DNA of 64,000 nucleotides from Pirellulales bacterium (GCA_036267355.1 DATAWG010000076.1:60291-124290); one strand, 5' to 3'. Counted from the stretch's first letter, positions 10,606-19,456 are shown. A program made the numbers and translations. Notes: a model not told the origin generated them from the sequence alone.

Positions 10606-10727
10606 TGGTGAGCATGGTGCCGCATATGCCGGTGCTGACGGCTGAGCGCGAAGCAACTCAACCCGAGTTTTGCGCGGCTGGCGGAAACGCCACGCGAGGC
10701 ATCAGCCCGGCCGATTAGAATGACTTA

Positions 10728-12659
10728 ATGGACCGAACGACGACTAGTCTTGATCCAGTTTCGGCGTTGTCGCAGCCTCGCGGGCTCGCCCCGGCCGCAT
10801 GCATGCGGGCCTCTGCGGCGAGCCGCAAAGCCCATGGCAAAGTGCTGGTTCTGGGCGACGGGATGACCTATTTCCTATCCGTCATTCGATCGCTTGGGCG
10901 CAAGCGGATCGAAGTGCATACGGCATGGTGTGCGCCGCGGTGCCCGGCATCGCGGTCGCGATATGTGTCCGCTTGGCACGCCCTGCCGTTCCCAGATGCG
11001 AGCGGTGGATGGAAGCCGGCTCTTTTGGAACTGCTGCGTCGCGAGCAATTCGATTTGGTGATTCCGACCAACGAACAGTCGATGCGTCCGTTGCAGCGGG
11101 ATCGCGGCGATTTCGCGGCGGCCGGTTCGATCTACCTGTTGGACGATCATGCGTTCGGCGTGCTGTTTGACAAGCGGAAAAGCGCGGATCTCGCTCGCTC
11201 GATCGGAATGTTCGTCCCGCGAGGCGCAATGGCAGCAGATCTGGCGGAGTGTCGCCGGCTTGGTGCTGAATATGCGTGGCCGGTCGTGCTCAAACCGCTA
11301 TCGAGCTTCGACGATGCCGATCTTTCGCAGCGGCGAGCCGTGGTGAAGGCCTACAACGATGAAGAGTTGGAAGGCGGCGCCCGGCGGTTGCTGGCGCATG
11401 GCCCCGTTCTGGTGCAAGAGTGCTTCGTGGGCACGGGCGTCGGCGTCGAGGTGTTGGCCTGTCACGGTGAGGTGTTGGCGGAATTTCAACATGAGCGCGT
11501 CCATCTACCGCCGCGTGGTGGTGCGAGCACCTATCGCAAGAGCGCGGCGATGTCGCCCGAGTTGCTGGAAGCGACGCGGCGTTTGGTCGCCCGGCTGAAT
11601 TACACCGGCGTCTTGATGGTCGAGTTCTTGGTGAATCGCGACACGCGCGAGTGGCGATTCGTGGAGACCAATGCGCGATTCTGGGGATCGCTGCCGTTGG
11701 CGGTCGCAGCCGGTTGCGATTTTCCATACTACCTCTACCGGATGCTCGTGGACGGTGAGCGACATTTTCCCCGGCACTATCGCACCGGTCTTTATTGCCG
11801 AAACCTGACCGCCGATTTGTATTGGGCGCACGACAATCTCCGCGCCAACCGCACCGATCCGACGTTGATGACGGTGCCATTGGCCCAAACGCTGCGAGAA
11901 TTGAGCCACGTGCTTTTGCTTCGCGAGCGGTCGGACACCTTGGTGTGCGACGATCCTTGGCCGGGCCTGGTCGAATTGGGACAGTTTGTTCGCGTGAATT
12001 CGGCGAAGTTTGCTCGGCGTGCGATGGCGCGAGCCGCCTGCGCGGCACTCGGCATTCCTGCCGTCCGACAGCGCGCGACCGCCAAAACTCGGGCCGCGCT
12101 CGAACGGGCCGAATCGGTGCTGTTTGTCTGCTTAGGCAATATCTGCCGTAGTCCGTTCGCGGAACACTACGCGCGCCGCGTGTTGCCGGCGGCGGTCGCT
12201 GTTCGCTCGAGTGGTCTGTATCCCCGGCCGAACCGCCCGAGTCCCGAGCCGGCCATCCTCGCCGCGAGCGAGCAGGGGGTCGATCTGTCCCGTCATCGAG
12301 CGGATGTGTTGAACGAAGAAAGCGTTGGCCGCTCGGATCTGATTTTCAGTTTCGATGAATCGGTGCATCAAGAAATTCGCCGCCGGTTTCCGGCGGCCCG
12401 CGGGAAGTTGCATCGTTTCGCCCTATTGGCGGACGACGGGCCCGTCGAGGTTCCGGATCCGTTCGGCGGATCACTTGCCCGCTTTCGAGTGGTGTATCGC
12501 CGGATCGCGGCGGTGTTGGATTCCGCCGCCGCGCGGCTTGCCGACGGCCGGCTGGAAGACGGATCGGGGATCGCTCCGTCGCAGGTTGCGCGGCCGAACG
12601 CGACGGCCGACGCTCGCGGGGCGGCAACTGATTGTGCGGCGGTTTCCTCTGGCTTCTAG
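10728..12659 (+). CDS. ATP-grasp domain protein fused to a low-molecular-weight phosphotyrosine-phosphatase domain
   Basis: N-terminal ~450 aa are ATP-grasp-like (KVLVLGDG..., WPVVLKPL, MVEFLVNRDTREWRFVETNARFWGSLPLAVAAGCDFP). The C-terminal ~150 aa carry VLFVCLGNICRSPFAE (CX5RS P-loop, 12129-12152) and a DPFGG Asp-loop. Confidence 0.8.
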   Translation: MDRTTTSLDPVSALSQPRGLAPAACMRASAASRKAHGKVLVLGDGMTYFLSVIRSLGRKRIEVHTAWCAPRCPASRSRYVSAWHALPFPDASGGWKPALLELLRREQFDLVIPTNEQSMRPLQRDRGDFAAAGSIYLLDDHAFGVLFDKRKSADLARSIGMFVPRGAMAADLAECRRLGAEYAWPVVLKPLSSFDDADLSQRRAVVKAYNDEELEGGARRLLAHGPVLVQECFVGTGVGVEVLACHGEVLAEFQHERVHLPPRGGASTYRKSAAMSPELLEATRRLVARLNYTGVLMVEFLVNRDTREWRFVETNARFWGSLPLAVAAGCDFPYYLYRMLVDGERHFPRHYRTGLYCRNLTADLYWAHDNLRANRTDPTLMTVPLAQTLRELSHVLLLRERSDTLVCDDPWPGLVELGQFVRVNSAKFARRAMARAACAALGIPAVRQRATAKTRAALERAESVLFVCLGNICRSPFAEHYARRVLPAAVAVRSSGLYPRPNRPSPEPAILAASEQGVDLSRHRADVLNEESVGRSDLIFSFDESVHQEIRRRFPAARGKLHRFALLADDGPVEVPDPFGGSLARFRVVYRRIAAVLDSAAARLADGRLEDGSGIAPSQVARPNATADARGAATDCAAVSSGF

Positions 12660-12684
12660 AATCTGCCGATCGATTGACGAACTA

Positions 12685-14301
12685 ATGCTTCGCTTGCTTT
12701 CCCAAATCCACGTCGTTTCGACCGCCGCGACCTTGCATTGGCTGTTGAGCATGTTGGCGTTTGTCGGTTTGTGGGCAGGGGAATTGTACTGTGTTCAGAA
12801 GAAGACGTTGATTTCGGCCCAAGACAGCAGCGAACGGTTTGTCCGCTGGTCGCCGCGGATCCGGCTTGCTCTGAATATCTGTTTCATCTTCGTGGTTTCG
12901 ACATTTCTGCCAAGATGGTGGCTGCTGGGAATATCGGTGATCGTGTTCCTCGTTCACTGGGGATTGATTAGTCATTATCAATACTTTTTGCGTCCGCTTT
13001 CCGCGCTATCGCTATTCCATAATTGGCGCGAAGGCGTGATCGCCGGAGGTTACACGTTTGGCGTGCGGCGCACGCGTCTGACATGGATCTTGGCCACGAT
13101 CCTACTCGTCAAGGCGGCGCTTCTGCTCACGATGCCGGCAGAATCCGGGATCAGCGGATGGTGGGTGAAAGGCGTCGGATTGCTGGCGCTCGTGGGATAC
13201 CTTGCGATTGCCGTCGTCGCAAGTTGGATGGACCCTTTGGAAAAAATCCGCACGACCCGCGGCTTTGGCCGCGTGAGCCTGATTCGCGGCTATTTCATCA
13301 CGTGGCTGGCCGAGTTTTATTATCTGGGGCGTCATGAGGTTTTGACTGGCGCCCTGCGCCAACGCGAGATCCGCCAGGATCATTTGTCGCCGGTCGAATC
13401 GCCGATAACGGTCCACAATCGGCTGATCATTATCCAAGTGGAAAGCCTCGATTTCAACGTTCTGGGATTCGAGATCGGCGGGCAGGAAGTGACGCCGTTC
13501 TTGAATCGCTTGCAGCAGCAGTCGCTCTTCTACCGCGTTGCGGGAGCGCGGCATATCGGCTCGGCCGATGCCGATTTCGTCATGCTCAGCGGCGTCATGC
13601 CTTCCACCCGCATCATCACCTACAATATTCCGAACTATCCTTACGAAAACACGCTGCCACAGTTCCTCTCGCAGTATGGCTATCGCACCGCCGCATTTCA
13701 CGGCAACACCGGCAATTTTTACAATCGGCGCGACGCATTCGAGAAGATGGGCTTGGCCGAAATGCATTTTCGCGAGGAAATGGTATTTCGCGATGGCCTG
13801 CGGGCGCAAAGCTGGGGCGTCGACGATCGCGATGTGCTCGATCTTTCCGCTCGGCGCCTGCAAGACGCGGGCGACGAGGAACGCATTTGCCACTTCATCA
13901 TCACGCTCACGACGCACACCCCCTACACGATGCTGCCGTCATCCGAACAGGAGCTGTTTGCCAAACCTCAATCGATGGCCCAGCACTATCTCAACAACAT
14001 GCGGTGGCTGGATCATCGGCTCCGCGATTATGTCGGTTCGCTGAAGTTAGCGACCGTGGTGATCTACTCCGATCATGCTGCCGATCCGGCGATCGGTCCG
14101 GAATTCCGGGCGCATTGGGACGGGCTGAAGGAATTCGTCCCTTGCTTCATTTTCAACACGGACGAAGATCTCGGGGCATGCCAGCAAACCAGCGAATCCG
14201 TCGCCCGCGGCGGTTCGCTAACGATGCTCGATATCAGCGGTTATTTGCGCAGCCAGGTGGCGAAGGCCTGTCCGATCGTCAATGCGGCGCATGGTGGTTA
14301 A
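12685..14301 (+). CDS. LTA-synthase / sulfatase-superfamily membrane protein (phospho-substituent transferase-like)
   Basis: Hydrophobic N-terminal block followed by IIIQVESLDFNVLG, GSADADFVMLSG, FHGNTGNFYNRRDAFEKMG, WGVDDRDVLD and ITLTTHTPY, matching LtaS/OpgB-type signatures. Start at the ATG after the upstream stop; the track ORF from 12355 is an extension. Confidence 0.8.
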   Translation: MLRLLSQIHVVSTAATLHWLLSMLAFVGLWAGELYCVQKKTLISAQDSSERFVRWSPRIRLALNICFIFVVSTFLPRWWLLGISVIVFLVHWGLISHYQYFLRPLSALSLFHNWREGVIAGGYTFGVRRTRLTWILATILLVKAALLLTMPAESGISGWWVKGVGLLALVGYLAIAVVASWMDPLEKIRTTRGFGRVSLIRGYFITWLAEFYYLGRHEVLTGALRQREIRQDHLSPVESPITVHNRLIIIQVESLDFNVLGFEIGGQEVTPFLNRLQQQSLFYRVAGARHIGSADADFVMLSGVMPSTRIITYNIPNYPYENTLPQFLSQYGYRTAAFHGNTGNFYNRRDAFEKMGLAEMHFREEMVFRDGLRAQSWGVDDRDVLDLSARRLQDAGDEERICHFIITLTTHTPYTMLPSSEQELFAKPQSMAQHYLNNMRWLDHRLRDYVGSLKLATVVIYSDHAADPAIGPEFRAHWDGLKEFVPCFIFNTDEDLGACQQTSESVARGGSLTMLDISGYLRSQVAKACPIVNAAHGG

Positions 14302-14302
14302 A

Positions 14303-15076
14303 ATGACGCATCGTGCAACCGTTTTCTTTCCAATGGCCGGCCGAGGGGCTCGCTTCGGCCACGTGTTCAAGCCGTTCTTGCCGATCGGTCAGGAAACATT
14401 CATCGAGGCGGCGGTGCGGCCATTCCGCAAGTGGGCATCGGCCGTCGAACGGCTCATCTTTGTTTTCCTCGAGGAACAAGATATTGCCCACCACGTAACG
14501 GCCCGGCTGACGAACATGTTTCAGGGTCTGCCGATCGCGACGGTCGTGCTGCAAGATCCGACGCGCGGTCCGGCCGAAACGTTGGTCCGGGGCGTCGCAG
14601 GAGCGCATGCCGTCGGGCCGGCCATCGTTTGCGATTGCGACCATTCGGTCAACGTGGATCCTCTGTTTGCATGGATCGATTCACCATCGGCCGAAGCGGA
14701 GGCTGCCATCCCGGTTTGGGATCTGACGGGCGAAAACCCGCAGGCATGGAGTATCGCCAGCGTGGAGCCGGACGGCTCGGTCACGGCGATCGCCGAAAAG
14801 CGATTTCCCGAAGGAAAGGGCGAACCGCTGGGAGTCGTCGGCTGCTATTGCTTTCGCCACATTGAGCAAATTGCCGATCAATGTGCCCGACGGTCGCTCG
14901 TAAACATCTCGGATGTGATCGGCGAATTGATCGCGGAGAACCGCACGGTCGCGGCCGTGCGCATCGAGGAAGCCGAGTTCTTTGGCGATCCCTCGCGATT
15001 GCAGAATTCTTTGCGGCTTCGCACGCCTGCTGCCGGCGACGAACGCGCCGAACCGCGTGAGAATGCCGATGGCTAG
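14303..15076 (+). CDS. Nucleotidyltransferase-like (GT-A fold) protein, stand-alone paralogue
   Basis: N-terminal FFPMAGRGARFGHVFKPFLPI resembles the sugar-phosphate nucleotidyltransferase G-loop. By eye roughly half its residues match aa 1-245 of the next-but-one gene. ATGs at 14282 and 14291 are alternative starts. Confidence 0.6.
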   Translation: MTHRATVFFPMAGRGARFGHVFKPFLPIGQETFIEAAVRPFRKWASAVERLIFVFLEEQDIAHHVTARLTNMFQGLPIATVVLQDPTRGPAETLVRGVAGAHAVGPAIVCDCDHSVNVDPLFAWIDSPSAEAEAAIPVWDLTGENPQAWSIASVEPDGSVTAIAEKRFPEGKGEPLGVVGCYCFRHIEQIADQCARRSLVNISDVIGELIAENRTVAAVRIEEAEFFGDPSRLQNSLRLRTPAAGDERAEPRENADG

Positions 15077-15803
15077 CAACCCGCCAATTCATACGAATAT
15101 CCACGAACATATCCACGTCTACGCCGACGGCGCCGTGCTCGATCAGATTCCTTCGCTGATCCAGCGCTTCAAGGTTCGCGGATTCACGACGAATCCGACG
15201 CTGATGGCTCAGGCGGGCATCCGCGACTATGAGACGTTCGCTCGTTCGCTACTCGAGTCGACCGGCGAATTGCCGGTGTCGTTCGAAGTGTTCGACGACG
15301 ACCTGGCGGGCATGCAACGGCAAGCCCTCAAGCTGGCCGCCTGGGGAAAGAGCGTGTATGTCAAGATTCCAATCACGAACACGCTGCGGCAACCGACGAA
15401 CGAACTGATCCGTGCGCTATCGCGGGAAGGTGTCAAGGTAAACGTTACCGCGGTGTTCACGCCGGAACAAATCGATAGCCTCGTCGATTGCTTTCCAAGC
15501 GGCACGCCCGGTGTGGTGTCGGTTTTCGCGGGCCGCATCGCCGACGCCGGGATCGATCCGGCTCCGATCTTGCGGCATGCCTTGCAGCGGTTTGCGGCGC
15601 AAGAGCATGTGCAGCTGTTGTGGGCCAGCGTGCGAGAAGTGTTCAACGTCGTGACCGCGGCCGAGGTCGGTTGCCAGATCGTCACGGTGCCGATCCCGAT
15701 GTTGGAGAAACTGAATTCGCTGGGGAAGGATCTGACGGAGTTTTCCTTGGACACGGTGAAGATGTTTCGCAAGGATGCCGTGGCTTCAGGTTTCAATCTT
15801 TAG
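15063..15803 (+). CDS. Transaldolase / fructose-6-phosphate aldolase family protein (TalC/FSA-like)
   Basis: FTTNPTLM, VYVKIPIT (Schiff-base Lys context), GVKVNVTAVFT. About 246 aa. Overlaps the upstream gene by 14 nt. Confidence 0.85.
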   Translation: MPMASNPPIHTNIHEHIHVYADGAVLDQIPSLIQRFKVRGFTTNPTLMAQAGIRDYETFARSLLESTGELPVSFEVFDDDLAGMQRQALKLAAWGKSVYVKIPITNTLRQPTNELIRALSREGVKVNVTAVFTPEQIDSLVDCFPSGTPGVVSVFAGRIADAGIDPAPILRHALQRFAAQEHVQLLWASVREVFNVVTAAEVGCQIVTVPIPMLEKLNSLGKDLTEFSLDTVKMFRKDAVASGFNL

Positions 15804-15806
15804 ATC

Positions 15807-17885
15807 ATGCCGACGCTCGCATCGCCGCTGACGCTGATCTTCCCGATGGCGGGGCAATCCGCGCACGAAGGGTTCAAATTCAAGCCCTTTCTCACCCTCG
15901 ACAAGGAAACTCTGATCGAGGCGGCCGTGCGGCCGTTCGAGAAATGGAAGTCGAGCGTGCGGCGGTTGGTGTTTGTCGTGCTGGAAGAGCACGATCGCGA
16001 TTACGGCGTCGCGGCCCGGCTGCATGAGCTTTTCTCGATGTGGCCGCATGATGTAATCGTGCTAGCGCATCCGACCGAGGGGCCGGCCATGACGCTGGCC
16101 GAAGCCGTGGCGCGCGGACGGATTGCTGGCCCCGCGATCGTGTGCGATTGCGATCATTCGCTGAATGTCGATCCGCTATTCGGCCGAATCGCGGAAGGGG
16201 CCGGCATCGAATGCGGCTTCCCCACCTGGAGCCTCCGCGGAGAAAATCTGCGGGCTTGGAGCGTGGCGGCTTGCGGACCGAATGGCCAGGTGGCGGCGAT
16301 TGCCGAGAAGCAATTGCCGGCGGCGAAAGGCGATTTCGTCGGCGTCGTCGGTTGCTATTACTTCGCACACGTCGAAGCAATCGCCGAAATCGTCTGCCAG
16401 CGGCGGTTTGCCTATCTCTCGACTGCGATTCAAGAACTGATCGCCGCCGGCAGCAAGGTGATCGGCGTGCCGATCGCGCGTGCCGAATTCTTCGGCGACA
16501 CGCGCGGATTGCTCCAAGCCAGGGCCCGGCGCGATCAATTTGTCGGCTCGATTTTTTGCGATCTGGACGGCACCGTCATCGAGCATGAAGCGTCGCCGCG
16601 ATACGATCAACCTCTCGTGATTCTGCCGGGCAGCAGGGAAAAACTTGCCGAATGGGTCGATGCAGGTTATCTCGTCGTACTCACCACCGCACGCCCGCCA
16701 TCCGATCAGGCGCCGCTGGAGCAAAGCCTGCGCGAGGCGGGAGTGGCCTACCATCGATTGATCCTGGGCCTTCCGAGCGGGCCTCGCTATTCGATCAACG
16801 ACCGCAAGCCGTCGGCAATCCTGGTTCCGCAAACCGTGGCGTATGAAGTGTCGCGCAACGAGGGGATTCAGCACATCGTGATCCCTTCCATGACGCCCAC
16901 GGTTCTCAAGCGCTTCCACGGGGCATCGCTCGCCGACACCGTGCTGGTGGAAGACGACGAGAAACTGTTCGTTCGCAAGCGGGTTCTCAAGCGCGATCAG
17001 CTCACGCTCGGCTATGCGAAGCTGCGAAACCAATACCGCACGATGGAACGGCTTGCGCAATACGGCAACATCGTCCCGGCGCTCTACGGCGAACACGATA
17101 ATTCGCTGGAATACTACTACGACATGGAATATCTGCCCAGGCATCGGCCCGTATCGCAACTCGATAGCGCCGAGCTGGGCGAAGCACTCGGCCGGCTGAT
17201 GACGTTCTTGCAAGACCGAATCTATGCCGTGAAAACGTCGACCAGTTGTATGGGCGAAGACTGGTTGCTGGCCCATTTTGCCCGCAAGATTTTTCCGAAG
17301 CTCGACGGCGTGCAGTCGTATCCCGCGCTCGCGAGATTGGTGAACGCCGAGCGAGTATGCATTAACGGTCGCAGTCGGCCAGGGTTGCGAGCGTTGCTCT
17401 CGACGGCTTCGAGTTCGCGCGTCGCTCGGTCGTTGGCGCCGAGATGGCTGTCGGCCGTCCACGGCGATTTGACGTTCGAAAACGTGCTCTACCACCAGGG
17501 CGACTTCCGAGTGATCGATGCCGATGGCGGCGACTTTTTGGACGCTGCCGAACTCGACATGGGAAAGATTTTTCAATCGCTCGTCGGCCGATACGAATTC
17601 TGGGCACACAGCGACGCCCCGCTATGCGAATTTGCCGACGATTCGAATATCGTCTTGAAGCGCGATTTTCCTCCGCCGGATCCGGCGGTGAAGGATCTGT
17701 GCGTGCGCCATTGGTCGCAGATCCTCCATGCCTCGGAAGACCAAGCCTACGCCAAGGGGCTGTTTTACATGGCGCTGCATCTGATTCGCATGATCCCCTT
17801 CCGCTTGCGCGTCAGTGAAGAACAAGCGTTGTATGCAATGTGCATGGCAACGGAATGGATGAACACGGCATTCGAGCAGCTTTAG
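15807..17885 (+). CDS. Tri-domain protein: nucleotidyltransferase-like + HAD phosphatase + APH/choline-kinase-like kinase
   Basis: aa 1-245 are paralogous to 14303-15076. HAD motif I FCDLDGTV (16560-16574) with GYLVVLTTAR. Kinase Brenner motif HGDLTFEN (17460-17483) followed by VIDADG. Confidence 0.75.
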   Translation: MPTLASPLTLIFPMAGQSAHEGFKFKPFLTLDKETLIEAAVRPFEKWKSSVRRLVFVVLEEHDRDYGVAARLHELFSMWPHDVIVLAHPTEGPAMTLAEAVARGRIAGPAIVCDCDHSLNVDPLFGRIAEGAGIECGFPTWSLRGENLRAWSVAACGPNGQVAAIAEKQLPAAKGDFVGVVGCYYFAHVEAIAEIVCQRRFAYLSTAIQELIAAGSKVIGVPIARAEFFGDTRGLLQARARRDQFVGSIFCDLDGTVIEHEASPRYDQPLVILPGSREKLAEWVDAGYLVVLTTARPPSDQAPLEQSLREAGVAYHRLILGLPSGPRYSINDRKPSAILVPQTVAYEVSRNEGIQHIVIPSMTPTVLKRFHGASLADTVLVEDDEKLFVRKRVLKRDQLTLGYAKLRNQYRTMERLAQYGNIVPALYGEHDNSLEYYYDMEYLPRHRPVSQLDSAELGEALGRLMTFLQDRIYAVKTSTSCMGEDWLLAHFARKIFPKLDGVQSYPALARLVNAERVCINGRSRPGLRALLSTASSSRVARSLAPRWLSAVHGDLTFENVLYHQGDFRVIDADGGDFLDAAELDMGKIFQSLVGRYEFWAHSDAPLCEFADDSNIVLKRDFPPPDPAVKDLCVRHWSQILHASEDQAYAKGLFYMALHLIRMIPFRLRVSEEQALYAMCMATEWMNTAFEQL

Positions 17886-17948
17886 CCTTGGCCGAACCTA
17901 ACCCACGAATGCTTTGTAAGCAGCGGCGAAAGCGTCTTTATTGAAGTA

Positions 17949-18058
17949 GGCACATTCCGTGTGCCGTCGGCACACCGCGGCACACCGCGGCACATCGCGG
18001 CACATCGCGGCACATCGCGGCACACCGCGGCACACCGCGGCACACCGCGGCACATCGC
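17949..18058. repeat. Tandem 10-bp repeat array (GGCACAYCGC), 9 clean units plus 2 degenerate in-register units
   Basis: Direct reading. Units start at 17969, 17979 ... 18049 with position-7 pattern C,C,T,T,T,C,C,C,T. They are preceded by GGCACAttccgTGTGCC (17949-17965). Intergenic between the tri-domain gene and the GT4 gene. Confidence 0.9.
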
Positions 18059-18229
18059 ACGCAGAGCAGCGCAGACGGCATACGGAGTATGCCGGCTACT
18101 TTGGTTGCGGCTCCGCCGCGCTGTGGAGAAGTTATTTTTCGGCTGAGCTTTAGTCGAATGGTCGCCCTCGAACACCCGAGCTTGCAGTTGGCGCCGTCCG
18201 ATACGACAGCCGCGGTCGAGTTGCCGCGA

Positions 18230-19456
18230 ATGGTTCTGCACGTGATGAATTCCGCTGGCGGGGGCGCGGCGATGAGCACGCAAGACTTGATCCACTCGCT
18301 CGCCGAGCGCGGAATTCAATCGAGCGTGGTATGTCATGCGATGGGGAGTGAATCGGAGCGGGAGCGGCTCCGCGACTGTGTCGCCGGTCGAGTCCTCTTC
18401 ACGCCGCTGTATTGGATGAACAAGAAAATCCGCGCGGCCCGATGGAAACGCCCCTTGATCGAAATGCGGCAACTCGTGAAGACCGGCTGGCGGATGGCTT
18501 CGACGCGGGCGGTCGTGGAAGCGGCCGAGCGTTATCAGGCCGACTTGATCCACAGCAATACGATTGTCACGGGCGAAGGAGGTTGGACCGCAGCTCGGCT
18601 GAAATTGCCGCACGTTTGGCACGTTCGCGAATTGGTCGGTCCGGGCGGGATTTGCCGATTCAACCGCGAGGGAAAGGCGCTGGGCGAGCGTTTGGCGCGG
18701 CATGCATCGGTCGTCGTGGCGAATTCGCAAGCAACCGGGGCCCGGCTCGCCGAACTACTGCCGCAGGGATTGCTTCGCGTGGTGCCCAACGGGATCGATA
18801 TCAGCCGGTTCGCGCCGCGGAAAACGGCGTCGCGCGGCGGGCCACGGGTGGTCGCCATGGTGGCCGCGTTGAGTTCCCGTTCGAAAAATCATCTGCTGTT
18901 CGTTCGTGCAGCCGCTCAATTGCGCGACGTGGATGATGTCGAGTTTCGCATCTATGGCGATGATCCTTCGACGAGCGATCCAAGCCGCAAAGATGCCTAT
19001 GCCAACGCAGTGCATCACGCGGTAGGCGGGCTGGGGATCGATCAGCGGTTCCGCTGGCCCGGGCACATCGCCGAACCGGCCGATATCATGCAGGGAATCG
19101 ATATCCTTGTGCAGCCGTCGGAGCAAGAATCGTTCGGACGCGTGATGGTGGAAGCGATGGCGGCGGGCATCCCGGTTGTCAGCGTTCGCGGCGGCGGCGC
19201 GGCGGAGATCGTCGTCCACGAAGAAACGGGATTGTTGGGGCCGCCGAATGACGTAGCGGCAATGGCCGCCGCGCTCCGCCGCTTGCTGGATAATTCGGCA
19301 CTGTGCGCGCGATTCGGTGCTTCAGGTCGAGCACGGGTCGAGGCGAATTATTCGCTCCGCGCGTGTACCGAGGGAATGCTTGCAGCCTATGCGCAAGCCA
19401 TGCATAGCCCCGTCGGGCTGCTGACCGCAACTAGGCAAAGCGTGGATCGACCATGA
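18230..19456 (+). CDS. Glycosyltransferase family 4
   Basis: MVLHVMNSAGGGA N-terminus and EX7E region EQESFGRVMVEAMAAGIPVV. Upstream in-frame codons (from 18089) run back toward the repeat array and are probably non-coding. Confidence 0.85.
   Translation: MVLHVMNSAGGGAAMSTQDLIHSLAERGIQSSVVCHAMGSESERERLRDCVAGRVLFTPLYWMNKKIRAARWKRPLIEMRQLVKTGWRMASTRAVVEAAERYQADLIHSNTIVTGEGGWTAARLKLPHVWHVRELVGPGGICRFNREGKALGERLARHASVVVANSQATGARLAELLPQGLLRVVPNGIDISRFAPRKTASRGGPRVVAMVAALSSRSKNHLLFVRAAAQLRDVDDVEFRIYGDDPSTSDPSRKDAYANAVHHAVGGLGIDQRFRWPGHIAEPADIMQGIDILVQPSEQESFGRVMVEAMAAGIPVVSVRGGGAAEIVVHEETGLLGPPNDVAAMAAALRRLLDNSALCARFGASGRARVEANYSLRACTEGMLAAYAQAMHSPVGLLTATRQSVDRP

Noticed and set aside
17949-18058. 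Considered whether the regular repeat array is a CRISPR array or a set of sigma-54 -24 boxes (the GGCAC core).
   Set aside because: The units are only 10 bp and directly abutting, with no spacers, so this is not a CRISPR array. The GG-to-GC distance imposed by the 10-bp period is 10-11 nt rather than the 12 nt needed for a -24/-12 promoter.
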